From Alphaproteobacteria bacterium (GTDB lineage Bacteria > Pseudomonadota > Alphaproteobacteria > Bin95), in assembly GCA_963665325.3 (NCBI GenBank), contig CAXXWS020000004.1:1-64000 (forward strand): 64,000 nt of DNA. Direction: 5' to 3'. Positions 16,320-26,535 of the stretch are shown piece by piece; position 1 is the stretch's first letter, and every line of letters starts with the position of its first letter. The notes beneath the pieces were generated by a model. That model was not told where the DNA came from, did not search any database, and saw only the letters and a list, made by a program, of their open reading frames with translations. A program made the translations under genes and the position numbers.

Positions 16320-19226
16320 TCACGGCGAGGCATCCCCCCAACCTCTTTCGTCGGACGTCCGTCCGGTCCTGTCCGTGCTGTCCGGCACGGCGTTCTTCGC
16401 GCTGCCGAAGAGCTGCCCGGCGAGCCAGCCGCCGATGAAGGGCAGGTTCTCCGTCGCATGCTCTTCGAAGGGTCGGCGCGTCTCGGCCGCGACTCCGGCC
16501 CGGCCTTCCGCCGCCTCGTCCCGCGTCACGCGCTGCCGGGCCTCGCGGGCAGAGCCCTTCACGATCGTGTCGGTCTTCGTTTCCACCCGCTCGGTGCGGG
16601 CCGCGGCTTCGGTCTCGCCCGGCCGGGGCGTACCCGCCGCGGCGGCCCGATCCCGCACCCCCGCCGACCAGCCGGCATGGGCCGCCGCGGTCTCGCGGGC
16701 GTAGTCCGCGCGCAGTTGCCCGGTTGCGGCACCGTATTCGTCCGCGCCGCCGACCGTCGAAGGATCGGGTCCGGCGGGCGCGGGGAACTTCTCGGCGACG
16801 AAGGCGGCGGCATGTTCGCGGAGCTGCTCGGCATCCTCCGCCGATTGCGGCGAGGCGATACGCATGGCGCCCGCGGCGCCGATCGCGCGCCCGTCCGTGC
16901 CCTCCCGCTCCGACAGCCAGGCGAAGAAGGGCTGACCGAGTTCGCGCTCGATCGCCTGGGCATCGCTGCGCACCTGCGCCGCCTGCTCCGACCAGCTCTC
17001 GGATTCCTGCCGGGCCAGCGATGCCCGCTCGTGAAAGCTGCGCATGCGGGTGAGGTTGGCCGACAGGCTCTCGTCGAGGCTGGCGAGCTCGCTGTCGCCG
17101 GTGCTGGTCGAGTAGCGCCTCGACGCCTCCGACACCTTCGACCAGGTCTCGGTGACGCCATGCTGGCGGTCGTATTCCTTCACCCGGTTCCATGTGTCGG
17201 ATTCGAAGGTCTCGCCACGCCAGGCAGCGGACCCGTCGGCGCCCAGCTTCGCGATCATGTTCCAGCCGCCACCGATACTGGCCTGCCCGGTGAGCACCGC
17301 CGCCTGGTTCTTCGATATGCCTGCGATCTCGGACAGCTTCTCGACATGGGAGTCGAGCTGCTGCGCCTGGCTGCTTTCGGACTCGGTGACGCCCCTTGCA
17401 TGGGCCTCGCCGGTCGAGACGTCGTGGCTGTAGCGCTCCATCAGCGCCGTCGCGTCGGTGACGGCGGCGTTGCGCGCCTGTCCGGCCTCGGCCGACCAGT
17501 GGCGCGAGAGGCCGCGGGCATGGGCCGCGCGCTGCTCATGGCTGGTCGCCAGGGACTCCGACAGCCTTATGCCGGCGGCGGGGGTCCGGCTGGTGGCGGC
17601 GCCGGCATCGGCCACCGCCGTCCCGTCGCCGGTCACCGTCATGGCGGCGCCCGCCGGCGCATAGCCGGTGTAGCGGTCGGTGTCGACATGGGCCGAGGTG
17701 CGGATCTGGCGGCCTTCCAGCGTCGCAAAGCGGTGCGTGTCGTAGCCGGTGTTGGCGAGCGAGAGATTGCCGGTCGTCCCCTCATGCGCCGCCGACGAGG
17801 CCGCGTCCTGGCCGACCGCCAGCACCGAAGTAGCCAGCACCGTCGCCTTGGAGAGCCCGTAGGCCAGCGCGGCGGCGAGGAACGGCACCGACATCGACAG
17901 GTATCCCGACATCACCGCGACGTCGGCGGCGACGGCCCTGATGCCGGCCTGGGCGACCAGGGAGATGCCGATCTCCCCGTTCGGCATCGCGGCTGCAGCC
18001 GACATCCTCTCCGCGGCCTCCCCCATGCTGATCCGGTGCAGCACGGCGTAGAGCGGGCCCCAGCTCTGGAGCCAGACCAGCCCCGTCACATACGACCGGA
18101 AGATCGTCGCGCCCGCCGGGGTCAGCATCAGCAGCACCGCCATCGGGAAGGCGCCGACATAGAGGCACTCGAACACGATGCGGAGCAGTGGCACCCAGGT
18201 CTCGGCCTGGCGCCCGATGGCGCGGTAGGCCGAGACGGTCTGCGCCTCGGCCCTGGCCTCGGTATAGGCCCTGAGCGCCGCCGCGTTGCCGGCTTCCGCC
18301 GCCCATTGCTCGCCGGCGTCGTGGACGGCGTTCAGCACCATCTGCTGGCGCATGATCTCACCCGCCGAGCGCGAGGCCCCTATGAGGAAGTCGTGCGCGG
18401 CGGGCAGCGAGGCCAGCAGCTCGGCCCGGGCCAGCGCGTCCGTCCTTGCGTCGGGGAAGATGCGCCGCCCGAAGATCGTGCCGGCGCGGGCGATCTCGGC
18501 GTTCCACTGCGCGTTCAGCCTGCCCGCCGCGTCGCGGCAGGTGACGATGGTGCGGTCCACGGTCGTGGCGCCCGTGCCCGAGGCCGCCTGCCTTGTGGCG
18601 AACTCGACCATGCGCGCCGGCGAGGCCCCGGCGGACGGCGTGCCGGTCGCCGTCACCAGCCCCCAGATGTCGGTGCTCTCCCGGAGATCGTCCGCCGAGA
18701 CATGGCCCAGCAGCAACGCCGGGAACACGCATTGCCTGGCATAGTTGCGGATGTTCCTAGCGAACACCGCGTCGGTCACTTCCAGCCGGGTCGCCTTGCC
18801 CGCCAGCCGCGCCCCGAAGATCAGCCCGTGGCGCCGGTAGGCGAGATCGTTCGGCAGCGCGAAGGCCTGCTCGGTCAGGCGCGTCAACCCGTCGCCGACC
18901 TGGCTGGTCAGGGATGCGAACAGGGCGAGGCCGATGGGGACGTTGGCCACCACGGCGGGCGCCAGCGCCGGATCGAGCCGGTCGACCACCCGCACCGTCG
19001 CCTTCGGCACGATCATCGCGCCCCAGACGGCGGCGAACAGCAGCATCCACTTGGCGTTGTCTTTCCACGAGCCGCCGAAGGCGGTGCGGAACAGGACCCA
19101 GGCGAGACCGGCCATGCCGGCGAGCTGCGCGAGGTTGACGAAGGCCCCGCCGCCGGTAATGGCCGCCACCGCGTTCAGCAGGTCGACCAGGTAGGCGCCG
19201 CCGCCGAGGGTGAAGAGCTCGTACAT
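16320..19226 (-). CDS. traG: F-type mating pair stabilisation protein TraG
   Basis: Canonical N-terminus MYELFTLGGGAYLVDLLNAVAA; VANVPIGLALFASLTS; WLQSWGPLYAVL. Confidence 0.93.
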   Translation of the reverse strand: MYELFTLGGGAYLVDLLNAVAAITGGGAFVNLAQLAGMAGLAWVLFRTAFGGSWKDNAKWMLLFAAVWGAMIVPKATVRVVDRLDPALAPAVVANVPIGLALFASLTSQVGDGLTRLTEQAFALPNDLAYRRHGLIFGARLAGKATRLEVTDAVFARNIRNYARQCVFPALLLGHVSADDLRESTDIWGLVTATGTPSAGASPARMVEFATRQAASGTGATTVDRTIVTCRDAAGRLNAQWNAEIARAGTIFGRRIFPDARTDALARAELLASLPAAHDFLIGASRSAGEIMRQQMVLNAVHDAGEQWAAEAGNAAALRAYTEARAEAQTVSAYRAIGRQAETWVPLLRIVFECLYVGAFPMAVLLMLTPAGATIFRSYVTGLVWLQSWGPLYAVLHRISMGEAAERMSAAAAMPNGEIGISLVAQAGIRAVAADVAVMSGYLSMSVPFLAAALAYGLSKATVLATSVLAVGQDAASSAAHEGTTGNLSLANTGYDTHRFATLEGRQIRTSAHVDTDRYTGYAPAGAAMTVTGDGTAVADAGAATSRTPAAGIRLSESLATSHEQRAAHARGLSRHWSAEAGQARNAAVTDATALMERYSHDVSTGEAHARGVTESESSQAQQLDSHVEKLSEIAGISKNQAAVLTGQASIGGGWNMIAKLGADGSAAWRGETFESDTWNRVKEYDRQHGVTETWSKVSEASRRYSTSTGDSELASLDESLSANLTRMRSFHERASLARQESESWSEQAAQVRSDAQAIERELGQPFFAWLSEREGTDGRAIGAAGAMRIASPQSAEDAEQLREHAAAFVAEKFPAPAGPDPSTVGGADEYGAATGQLRADYARETAAAHAGWSAGVRDRAAAAGTPRPGETEAAARTERVETKTDTIVKGSAREARQRVTRDEAAEGRAGVAAETRRPFEEHATENLPFIGGWLAGQLFGSAKNAVPDSTDRTGRTSDERGWGDASP

Positions 19227-19249
19227 ATAAGGTGTCACCCGTTCACGGG

Positions 19250-20722
19250 TCAGCGGGACCCGGCCCCGGCGCCGCCGCGTGCGAACGCCAATGCGGCGCG
19301 GAGATCGGCGGAGAGCGCCCCGGCGAGCTCGGTCTCGATCAGGCGCAGCTTCTCGACCACGGCGAGCGCGGTGTTGAAGCGGGCGAGCCCCTCGTTGCGG
19401 TGCCGCGCCAGCGCTATGCGGTTCCGGCGCAATCCCTCCCGCCAGCGCTGGAGCTGCTCGCCGTCGGCGATGTCGAGGGTGCCGGCGCGTTCCTCGACCG
19501 TGCGGTGCAGGTCCGAGAGCCAGACCTGCATCACGTCGAGCGCGACCGCCTCGGCCAGCACATCCATCTCCTGGTCCACCACCGCGCCGCGATAGGCGGC
19601 AGCCGCATTGGCGACCCGGTAGACCGGCAGCGTGGTGAGATTGACCAGACCGAGCGCGGCGGCCGGCGGCGCGGTATCGTTCCGGACCGCATCGACCAGG
19701 TCGCGCAACAGCTCCGCCACCCGCGCCCGGAAGCCCCGGTCGGCGGGGATCGATACCGTGCCCAGCGTGGGGTTGAGGCAGAGGGTACTGGTGTCGCAGC
19801 GATAGACGGGAAGGCTGCCGCCGCCCTCCATCAGCACTTCCGTCACCCGGCGATCCAGCGCCAGCGGCTCCAGGATGCGCACCCGCGGTCCCGACGTGTC
19901 GCCGTCCGAGGTGGGCGCGGTCACGATCAGCGTGCCGGTCACCGCCATGGCGAACTCGGCAAGCTGCGTGTCGCCCGCGAGGAAGGACGACGCCCTTATC
20001 GCCTTCCAGGCGTAGTTGACATTGACCGGCACCTGGTCGGCCATCGCCCCGGAGGCCGAGGCCAGCGTGCTGTTCCTCTTGCCGTCGGCGCCGCAGCCGT
20101 GCTTCGCGGCGGCATAGTCGGAGAAGATGCCCTGCGAGGTGCCGATGGCGGCGCAGATCGACGCGCTCGCCCGGTCGTTCTTCGACCAGAGCGCGCCGAC
20201 CAGCGCCTGGGCGGTCTCGCAGGAGTTGAGGTTCTGCCCGTTCACCCATTGCGCCAGCGCCCTGAGCTTCGCCATGGTCTCGGCGATCACCGGCGAGATG
20301 GTCTCCAGCGCCAGCTCGAAGGCGAAGCCGGCGGCGTTCTGGGCGACCGCCCGGCCGAAGGCGATCAGCTGGTCGGAGTCGATGAACGAGAAGGCGCCGG
20401 CAAACGCGTCGATGCCGCCACAGCCGGCGCGGAAGCTCGGCAGGCTCACCGTCGCGACCTGCTCCGAGCGCACCGGCGCGCGGAGATAGAGATTGCCGAG
20501 CGTCCAGTGGCCGGAGGCCTGGCCGTTGAACGCGGTCGGGCCGGTCGCGTTCACCGCCGCGCCCTGCCAGAAGCGGTTCATCTCCGACAGGACGTCCGCG
20601 TTCGCCGGCGCGGTGGCGAACACGGTCGCGGCTATCATGGCGTGCGGCAGCATGCCGAGAGCGATCCGGCGCAGCCGAAGCCGGAAACAGTCGATATGCG
20701 GGCAAGCGTTCTCAGTAATCAT
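19250..20722 (-). CDS. traH: F-type pilus assembly protein TraH
   Basis: Motifs PSFRAGCGGIDAFAGAFSFI and NSCETAQALV; signal peptide. Confidence 0.93.
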   Translation of the reverse strand: MITENACPHIDCFRLRLRRIALGMLPHAMIAATVFATAPANADVLSEMNRFWQGAAVNATGPTAFNGQASGHWTLGNLYLRAPVRSEQVATVSLPSFRAGCGGIDAFAGAFSFIDSDQLIAFGRAVAQNAAGFAFELALETISPVIAETMAKLRALAQWVNGQNLNSCETAQALVGALWSKNDRASASICAAIGTSQGIFSDYAAAKHGCGADGKRNSTLASASGAMADQVPVNVNYAWKAIRASSFLAGDTQLAEFAMAVTGTLIVTAPTSDGDTSGPRVRILEPLALDRRVTEVLMEGGGSLPVYRCDTSTLCLNPTLGTVSIPADRGFRARVAELLRDLVDAVRNDTAPPAAALGLVNLTTLPVYRVANAAAAYRGAVVDQEMDVLAEAVALDVMQVWLSDLHRTVEERAGTLDIADGEQLQRWREGLRRNRIALARHRNEGLARFNTALAVVEKLRLIETELAGALSADLRAALAFARGGAGAGSR

Positions 20723-21560
20723 GTCCGGGCTCCAGGGCGGTGAGGGCGAAGATGCGCTCGGCCATCTCGTCCTCGGCCATGACGCCGAAGCCGACCGGCA
20801 GCACGCGCTTTGTGGCGGTGTCGAACAGCGCCAGCGCCGGCACCGGGGCATTGCCGAGGCCGAGCCGGGCCGCCCTTCCATTGTCGGCCACCGCCTCGGG
20901 CCAGCCCTCCAGCGCCGCGCCGGTGAGCGAGACCGCGAGCACGTCGAGGCCGTGGCGCATGGCGAAGGCGCGCAAGAGCGGGCCGAACACCTTGCATCCC
21001 GCGCAGCCGGCGTGGCCGAGATAGATCAGGCCGTAGCGGTCCTTCAGGCTCGACAATGCCCGGTCGCGGGCCTGCCGCCGTTCGTCCGACCAGACCTGCT
21101 TGGCGAGCGCGCCGACCGGGCGTTTCAGCGTGTAGTCGAGCGCCGGCGTCGACCAGACGGTGCGCCGGAAAGCGTCGGAGAAGACGGCGGCCCGTTGCAG
21201 CGTCTCCTGCTGAAGCCGCAGATAGGCGGTCACCTTCTCCGGCGTCGGGTCGAGGATCGCCTCCGCGCGGGCCTCCTCCAGCGTCCGGCGCAATTCCAGA
21301 ATCCGGTCCGTCGCGGAGGTGGTCTGTTCAGGGGAATGCGGCACCGGCTGCGGTTCGGCTTCCTGCCCTTCCTCCCGCCGGTCGCAGTAGAAATGCCAGC
21401 CGAGCGACGAAGCCGATCCACGATCCTCGCACCAGGACCGCCATTCTCCGGCACGAGTGTCCCCGCCCGCCGCCGGGGCGCCGAGCACCGCCCAGACGCC
21501 GACCGCCGCGAGGACGCGTTTCAAGGCGCGTTGGAGAGCAGGGTTCGCGTTGCAAACCAT
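20712..21560 (-). CDS. traF: F-type pilus assembly protein TraF (thioredoxin-like)
   Basis: Motifs LGWHFYCD, AILDPT, CAGC and VLAVSLTG; lies between traN and traH. Confidence 0.88.
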   Translation of the reverse strand: MVCNANPALQRALKRVLAAVGVWAVLGAPAAGGDTRAGEWRSWCEDRGSASSLGWHFYCDRREEGQEAEPQPVPHSPEQTTSATDRILELRRTLEEARAEAILDPTPEKVTAYLRLQQETLQRAAVFSDAFRRTVWSTPALDYTLKRPVGALAKQVWSDERRQARDRALSSLKDRYGLIYLGHAGCAGCKVFGPLLRAFAMRHGLDVLAVSLTGAALEGWPEAVADNGRAARLGLGNAPVPALALFDTATKRVLPVGFGVMAEDEMAERIFALTALEPGHDY

Positions 21561-22705
21561 CACGGTTGCCGTCCGTAGAAATCGCGCACCCGCTCCCGCA
21601 TGACCGACTGGGTGTCGCCCGCCTCGGGGAGTGTCACCGCCGGCTCCTTCGAGCCGTCCATCAGGTCCTGCGTGAACTCCGAGAGATCGAGGCGCGCGAA
21701 GTCGATGCGTTCGACCTCGGCCACAGAGAAGCCCCGGCAGCTGCCCCAGCCGATCCCGAGCTGCGGCCTTGCCTGCTGGTGCAGGATGCGCCCGAGCTTC
21801 GAGCCGAACACGCACCAGGCCCGCGAGCGGCGGATGCAGACGCCGAAGATGCGCTTCGAGCAGTATCTGCCGAGATAGTGGGTGTTGCCGGCGTTGCGCT
21901 CCTTCGCGAGCTCGCGTTCCGAGGCCGAGCAGTTGGCCAATCCGACCAGGAGGCCCGAGTTTTTGCAGCAGTTCGCCAGCCCCCCGAAATGGATGTGGCA
22001 GCGCCGGCGCTTGCCGGCGAAGAAGCGCAGGTTCTCGCGGTCGAACTCCTCGCCGCCGAGCTCCAGCGCCATGTTGAGCCGGGTCGTCGCCTCGACGAAG
22101 CCCGTATTGGCCTCCGGCGCCACCGTCTCGCAGCCGGCGCCGACGCACCAGCGCACGGCGCCGCAACTCCCGCCGTCCCGCGCGTCCTGCAATCCCGCGC
22201 CGCAGTCCGCCACGCTGCCCGAGGCGAGATTGTCGGCGCCATGGGCGGCATTGCCCGGATCGGCGGCGATCGCCTTGCCTCGCGCGACGCCGGGATCGCT
22301 CACCGTCACGGGCACGTACGGGCGGACGGTCACGCCCTCGACGACGCTGCGACCGGCCTGCCCGCCGGGATCGTCCGGGTCGGCGAGCCGGGCCCGGCCT
22401 TCGTTCTCCAGCGCATTCGCGCTGATGTTCCGCTCCGGGACATTCGTGCCGGCATAGCCCGGCACGGTGGCGGGGTTCGAGGCGTCTCTTGCAATAGCTC
22501 GCGCCGCTGCCGCGCCCGCATTGCCGACGGCACGCGCTTCCGCCTTCGGGCCTGCCCCGGACAACGATCCGGGGTCGCCCGCATGGGCAGTTCCGCCCAG
22601 CACAATCCACAGAAGGAAGCCCAGGACCGCCGCCATGAGCGCCCAGCCCACCGCGCGCGTCAGCAAGGGAGCGCGCACTTTCCGGAAAATCGGCCTCCGG
22701 GTCAT
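21560..22705 (-). CDS. traN: TraN mating pair stabilisation protein (short form)
   Basis: Cys-rich C-terminus: NCCK, YCSKRIFGVC, WCVFGSKLGRILHQQAR, CRGF, IDFARLDLSE. Confidence 0.88.
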   Translation of the reverse strand: MTRRPIFRKVRAPLLTRAVGWALMAAVLGFLLWIVLGGTAHAGDPGSLSGAGPKAEARAVGNAGAAAARAIARDASNPATVPGYAGTNVPERNISANALENEGRARLADPDDPGGQAGRSVVEGVTVRPYVPVTVSDPGVARGKAIAADPGNAAHGADNLASGSVADCGAGLQDARDGGSCGAVRWCVGAGCETVAPEANTGFVEATTRLNMALELGGEEFDRENLRFFAGKRRRCHIHFGGLANCCKNSGLLVGLANCSASERELAKERNAGNTHYLGRYCSKRIFGVCIRRSRAWCVFGSKLGRILHQQARPQLGIGWGSCRGFSVAEVERIDFARLDLSEFTQDLMDGSKEPAVTLPEAGDTQSVMRERVRDFYGRQP

Positions 22706-23454
22706 GGCCCGTTTCCCTCTCTCAGCCGTTCGAGATGCCTTTTCGAGACCTCACGTCCGACATCGCCTTCCACGGCGACGGCCTCCAGCGCGGCGACGAG
22801 GCCGATATTGCCGGCGACGAGATCGTGCGGCGGGGCCGGATCGCCTGAGCAGCCCCGGCTCTCGCAGGGCGGCACCCCGCCCGGCACGACGACCATCGCC
22901 GGCACGCGGTCGATGCCGAACAGCCGGAACAGGCGCGGATCGATGGCGATGCCCGCCTTGTGTTCACCAAGACGGTCGCGGATCGCCCCGGCTGTCTGCC
23001 GCAGACCGCCCACGCCGACGCCGCGCAGCACCAGGGGCACGCGCAGCGCGTCTGCATTGCGCGCCCACTGCCGCCAGCTCGCCGCCGGCACCGAAAGGCT
23101 GGTGAAGACGAGGATTTCTGCCGCCGCGGGGCGTCCGGCCGGTCCGCCGGCAATTCGGGCGGCATGGCGTTCGGCCGGAAGGGGCGTGGCCTGTCCAGGG
23201 CCTGCCCCGGACCCCGATCCGGGGACCGTCTGCCGCGCGGTTTCTCCCGCGCGGTTCAGAGCGCGGTCGATCACTCCACGGCTCCACTCGCCGAGCGAGT
23301 CTTCGCCTTCGCCGCCCGCCTTGCGCATGACCTCCTCGACCAGGCGCGATGCCTCGGCTTCCGGGCTTGCGGTGGGTATTTCATCGGCCCTTGCCGGACA
23401 GACGGCAAGCAACATGAAGCCGGCGATCCCGAGCCGGTTCAGAGCAAACAGCAT
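22702..23454 (-). CDS. trbC: F-type pilus assembly protein TrbC
   Basis: Motifs ILVFTSLSVP, LVLRG and IAIDPRLFRLFGIDRVPAMVV. Confidence 0.88.
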   Translation of the reverse strand: MLFALNRLGIAGFMLLAVCPARADEIPTASPEAEASRLVEEVMRKAGGEGEDSLGEWSRGVIDRALNRAGETARQTVPGSGSGAGPGQATPLPAERHAARIAGGPAGRPAAAEILVFTSLSVPAASWRQWARNADALRVPLVLRGVGVGGLRQTAGAIRDRLGEHKAGIAIDPRLFRLFGIDRVPAMVVVPGGVPPCESRGCSGDPAPPHDLVAGNIGLVAALEAVAVEGDVGREVSKRHLERLREGNGP

Positions 23455-24440
23455 GATTTTTTCCGCCACAGCAGGTAGCCGAAGCTCTCGCCGGAGACCG
23501 GCAGCTCGCGCAGGGTTTCCCACAGCACCGAGGAACGCCCGGTCGGGTTGCAGCCGGTCGCGGGCGTCGTCGCCGGCACCGGCTCGGTCATCTGCCAGCG
23601 GTACTGGCTCTTCTTCATCACCGGCATCGGATAGCGACCGCACAGCGCCCGAGAACCCGAGGTGCCCCAGGCGAGACCGGCGCGGTGGAGGCGGTAGACC
23701 AGCCGCTGGGCCGCCAGCAGCGACGCCTGCACCCCGCCGACATGGGCCGCCACGTTGCCTGTCAGCGGATACATCCCGCCCTGGCAGCCCGCGCACCAGA
23801 ACAGACCGTCCTGGGGCAGTCCCACCGAGGCCGCCGCGCAGTCGGCCGCGCAGGCCGCCTGCGCCGGCAGGTTGGCGAACAGCGCCGCTTCCGGGTTCAG
23901 CAGGAAGGACAGTTCGTCGTCGAGCCAGGCCGGGTCGAGTTCCGAGACCCAGGCGATGTCGAGGCTTCCGCCCTCCAGGCAGCCGAGCTCGAGCAGCACC
24001 CCGATCCAGGACAAGAGCGGATACATGTAGTAATGCGCATGCCAGACCGAGCCCTTCGCGCCGTCCCCGCCGGAAGACCCGGTGCGCCCTCTGGCGGCGG
24101 GCAGGCCGGGGTCGATGGTGAGGCCGCCGAGATTGGGGAAGCACCAGGGGGTCCGGGTGACATCGACCAGCCGCGCCGGCTCCCAGACCCCCAGGGACAA
24201 CCCGATGCGGGGGATGGGGGAGCCGCAGAAGCAGATCGGCGAAGAGGGGTTGGGAGTGTCGGTCACGCCGCCGGTGCTGCCGATGGTGAGCGGGCCGATC
24301 GAGATCGGGAACAGGCACTCCCAGCAGACGTCCGAGATCGGGTTCACGAACCGGCCGGTGCAGGACTGCGCCGAGGCCGGGCCCGACCAGAAAAGCGTCG
24401 CGAGCGCGAAGGCGGCAAGGAGGAGGAAACGATGCTTCAT
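23439..24440 (-). CDS. traU: F-type TraU
   Basis: Motifs CTGRFVNPISDVCWECLFPISIG and FWCAGCQG; ends WRKKSCC. Confidence 0.95.
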   Translation of the reverse strand: MKHRFLLLAAFALATLFWSGPASAQSCTGRFVNPISDVCWECLFPISIGPLTIGSTGGVTDTPNPSSPICFCGSPIPRIGLSLGVWEPARLVDVTRTPWCFPNLGGLTIDPGLPAARGRTGSSGGDGAKGSVWHAHYYMYPLLSWIGVLLELGCLEGGSLDIAWVSELDPAWLDDELSFLLNPEAALFANLPAQAACAADCAAASVGLPQDGLFWCAGCQGGMYPLTGNVAAHVGGVQASLLAAQRLVYRLHRAGLAWGTSGSRALCGRYPMPVMKKSQYRWQMTEPVPATTPATGCNPTGRSSVLWETLRELPVSGESFGYLLWRKKSCCLL

Positions 24441-24838
24441 TCCGGGGGCTCCGACGCGCCGCCGGCCGTCCCGGACGCATCGGCATCCTCCCGACGCCGC
24501 CCGGCGAGGACATTCACCATGCCCTGCGGCCCGGCGACGACGATCTCGGTGACGGTGCGTTCGTTGTCGTCCCGGTCACGGTATTGCCGGGTCGCGATGC
24601 GGCCCTCGACCATGACCGGATCGCCCTTGCGGAGCATGGTGCCGACGATCTCGACGGCGGCGCCATAGACGACCACCCGTTGCCAGTCGGTAGCCTCCGC
24701 GGGCTTTCCTTCGCGGTCGGTCCATTTTTCGACGGTGGCGAGCGAGAAGCTCGCCGCCCTGCCGCCGTTCTTCAATTCGCGGATCTCGGGGTCGCGCCCG
24801 GCATGGCCCACCAGGGTCGCGCGGTTGACGGTCAGCAT
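24437..24838 (-). CDS. Second SSB-like protein lacking the acidic PF tip, inside the tra operon
   Basis: OB-fold motifs VNRATLVGHAGRDPEIR, TDWQRVV and VEGRIATRQY; ends GASEPPE. Confidence 0.88.
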   Translation of the reverse strand: MLTVNRATLVGHAGRDPEIRELKNGGRAASFSLATVEKWTDREGKPAEATDWQRVVVYGAAVEIVGTMLRKGDPVMVEGRIATRQYRDRDDNERTVTEIVVAGPQGMVNVLAGRRREDADASGTAGGASEPPE

Positions 24839-24842
24839 GGGT

Positions 24843-25553
24843 TCAGTCCTCCCGCTTGTTGCTTGTCCCGGACACCCCCGGCTCGGAGGCCGGGGCAGGC
24901 GAACCGGAATTCTCGACCGGGATTTCGGTAAGGCGCAGCATTGCGCCGTCCTGTTCGACCAGCGTGGGCGTCGCGGCGATGGCGAATCGCGCGGCGAGCC
25001 TTCCGCCGGTGTCGAAGAAGAAGGGCCGGCGATGGCGGCGCATGAGATCGAGCGGACGCCCGGCCAGCAGCACGATCTTCGCGGGCCGCCCGCTTTCCCT
25101 TTCCCTGGCGAGTGCCCAGGCGGTCTCGGCCGCGCGCCGGCCGTCGACGAAGATCAGGGCGCGGGTGAGCGGCAGGCGCTCCAGCGGGTTGATCCTGGTC
25201 CCGGCGGCGGCGATGAGGGCGCCGTCGGGCGTGCGGATATCCCGTGCCACCGTGAGCGAGGGATCGAACAGTCGGCTGCGTTGCTCCCGAGCCGGCGCAA
25301 TGCCCGGCACCGGTTCGGGCTCTTCCAGACTGCGCCGGGCGCGGGTGCGGGCCTCGTCTTCCAGCCGCGCCAGGTCGCCCGAGCGCTGCATTGCCAGAAG
25401 CCGCGCCTCGATTTCGACCAGCAGGTCGGGTTCCGCCACCGGCCAGGTCGCGCCGCGCACGCCCAGGTCCTTCGCCCATGCCTCGGGCGTAATGCCGGCG
25501 ACCGGCAAGGCGGCAATGGCGGCGGCAAGCATCATGGCGGCTGTGCGCGTCAT
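24843..25553 (-). CDS. traW: F-type TraW
   Basis: Motifs KDLGVRGATWPVAEPD, FDPS, GTRINPL and FFFDTGG. Confidence 0.93.
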   Translation of the reverse strand: MTRTAAMMLAAAIAALPVAGITPEAWAKDLGVRGATWPVAEPDLLVEIEARLLAMQRSGDLARLEDEARTRARRSLEEPEPVPGIAPAREQRSRLFDPSLTVARDIRTPDGALIAAAGTRINPLERLPLTRALIFVDGRRAAETAWALARERESGRPAKIVLLAGRPLDLMRRHRRPFFFDTGGRLAARFAIAATPTLVEQDGAMLRLTEIPVENSGSPAPASEPGVSGTSNKRED

Positions 25554-26137
25554 CGCCGCGCCTCCGGTTCCGCGCCCGGCCGGACATCTTCCGGCTCGAC
25601 GAGCGGCCCCTTCAGTCCGAGCCAGGGAATGTCCGGCAGGGCGACGGCGCGGCCGAGAATGCGGGCTCGCGGCACCAGGCCGATCTCCGCGTAACGGCTG
25701 TCGTGGCTGTCGGGATGATCGGCGTGCAGGAAGTAATGGCCGGGCGGGATGACCCCCGGTTCGATCGCTTCCAGCGGCCGCCCGTCGAGCGCATGGGTCT
25801 TGGCGCGTCCGACCGCAACGCCATCGATAAAGGCCGTACCGTCCTGCCCGACGGTCACCGCCATCCCCGGCACGCCGCGCACGGTCTTCAGATACGGCAC
25901 CCGGGATGCCAGCGCTTCGGGAGGATCGAACAGCACCCGGTCGCCGATCTTCGGGTCTTCGCCGAACAGCGGGAAGGCGGCGTAGCCCCAGGCTTCGTCG
26001 GACCAGCTGGTATTGACATGCACCCGCGAGGCGAGGCCAAGCCACAGCGCCGCCAGGGCGATCATGACCGCCTGGCCGACATGGCGGCGGCGCGGCCTGT
26101 CCGCTCGCAGGTTGAATACCGGGCGCGGCGCGCTCAC
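25550..26137 (-). CDS. trhF: S26 family pilin-processing peptidase (TrhF-like)
   Basis: Motifs VNTSWS, YLKTVRGVPG and DSHDSRYAEIGLVP. Start may be ~26066. Confidence 0.85.
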   Translation of the reverse strand: MSAPRPVFNLRADRPRRRHVGQAVMIALAALWLGLASRVHVNTSWSDEAWGYAAFPLFGEDPKIGDRVLFDPPEALASRVPYLKTVRGVPGMAVTVGQDGTAFIDGVAVGRAKTHALDGRPLEAIEPGVIPPGHYFLHADHPDSHDSRYAEIGLVPRARILGRAVALPDIPWLGLKGPLVEPEDVRPGAEPEARR

Positions 26138-26535
26138 CGGACCCCTCCTTGCGGTGCGCCGGTGTCCTCATGCGGTTTCCGTGCAAGGATTTCGGCGAGC
26201 ACATCCTCGACCTGCCGCGTCATGTCCGGCGCTCCGGCGGCGATCGCCCGGGCCGGCAGCAGCACGACGCCATGATCGTGCGCCACCCGGTCGAGAGCAG
26301 TCTCCAGCGCCGCGCCCCAGGCGCGCACCTCCGCCGCCGACCGGCCTTCGCTTGCCGCCCGCGTCGTCCAGGCCGCCGTGATCTGGGCAAGACGGACACT
26401 GCCAATGCGCGGCGGCGGCTCCGGCCCGTAGCCCGGAACGAGGTCCGGGCCAAGCCGCAGCACGGCCGCCGCAACCGCCGCCGCCATGCCGCCGGAGAGC
26501 AGCAGCGCGCAGGCCAGCAGGCGGAGATCACTCAT
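26134..26535 (-). CDS. trbI: F-type TrbI
   Basis: N-terminal TM and HGVVLLPARAIAAGAPDMT; position between traC and trhF. Confidence 0.75.
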   Translation of the reverse strand: MSDLRLLACALLLSGGMAAAVAAAVLRLGPDLVPGYGPEPPPRIGSVRLAQITAAWTTRAASEGRSAAEVRAWGAALETALDRVAHDHGVVLLPARAIAAGAPDMTRQVEDVLAEILARKPHEDTGAPQGGVR

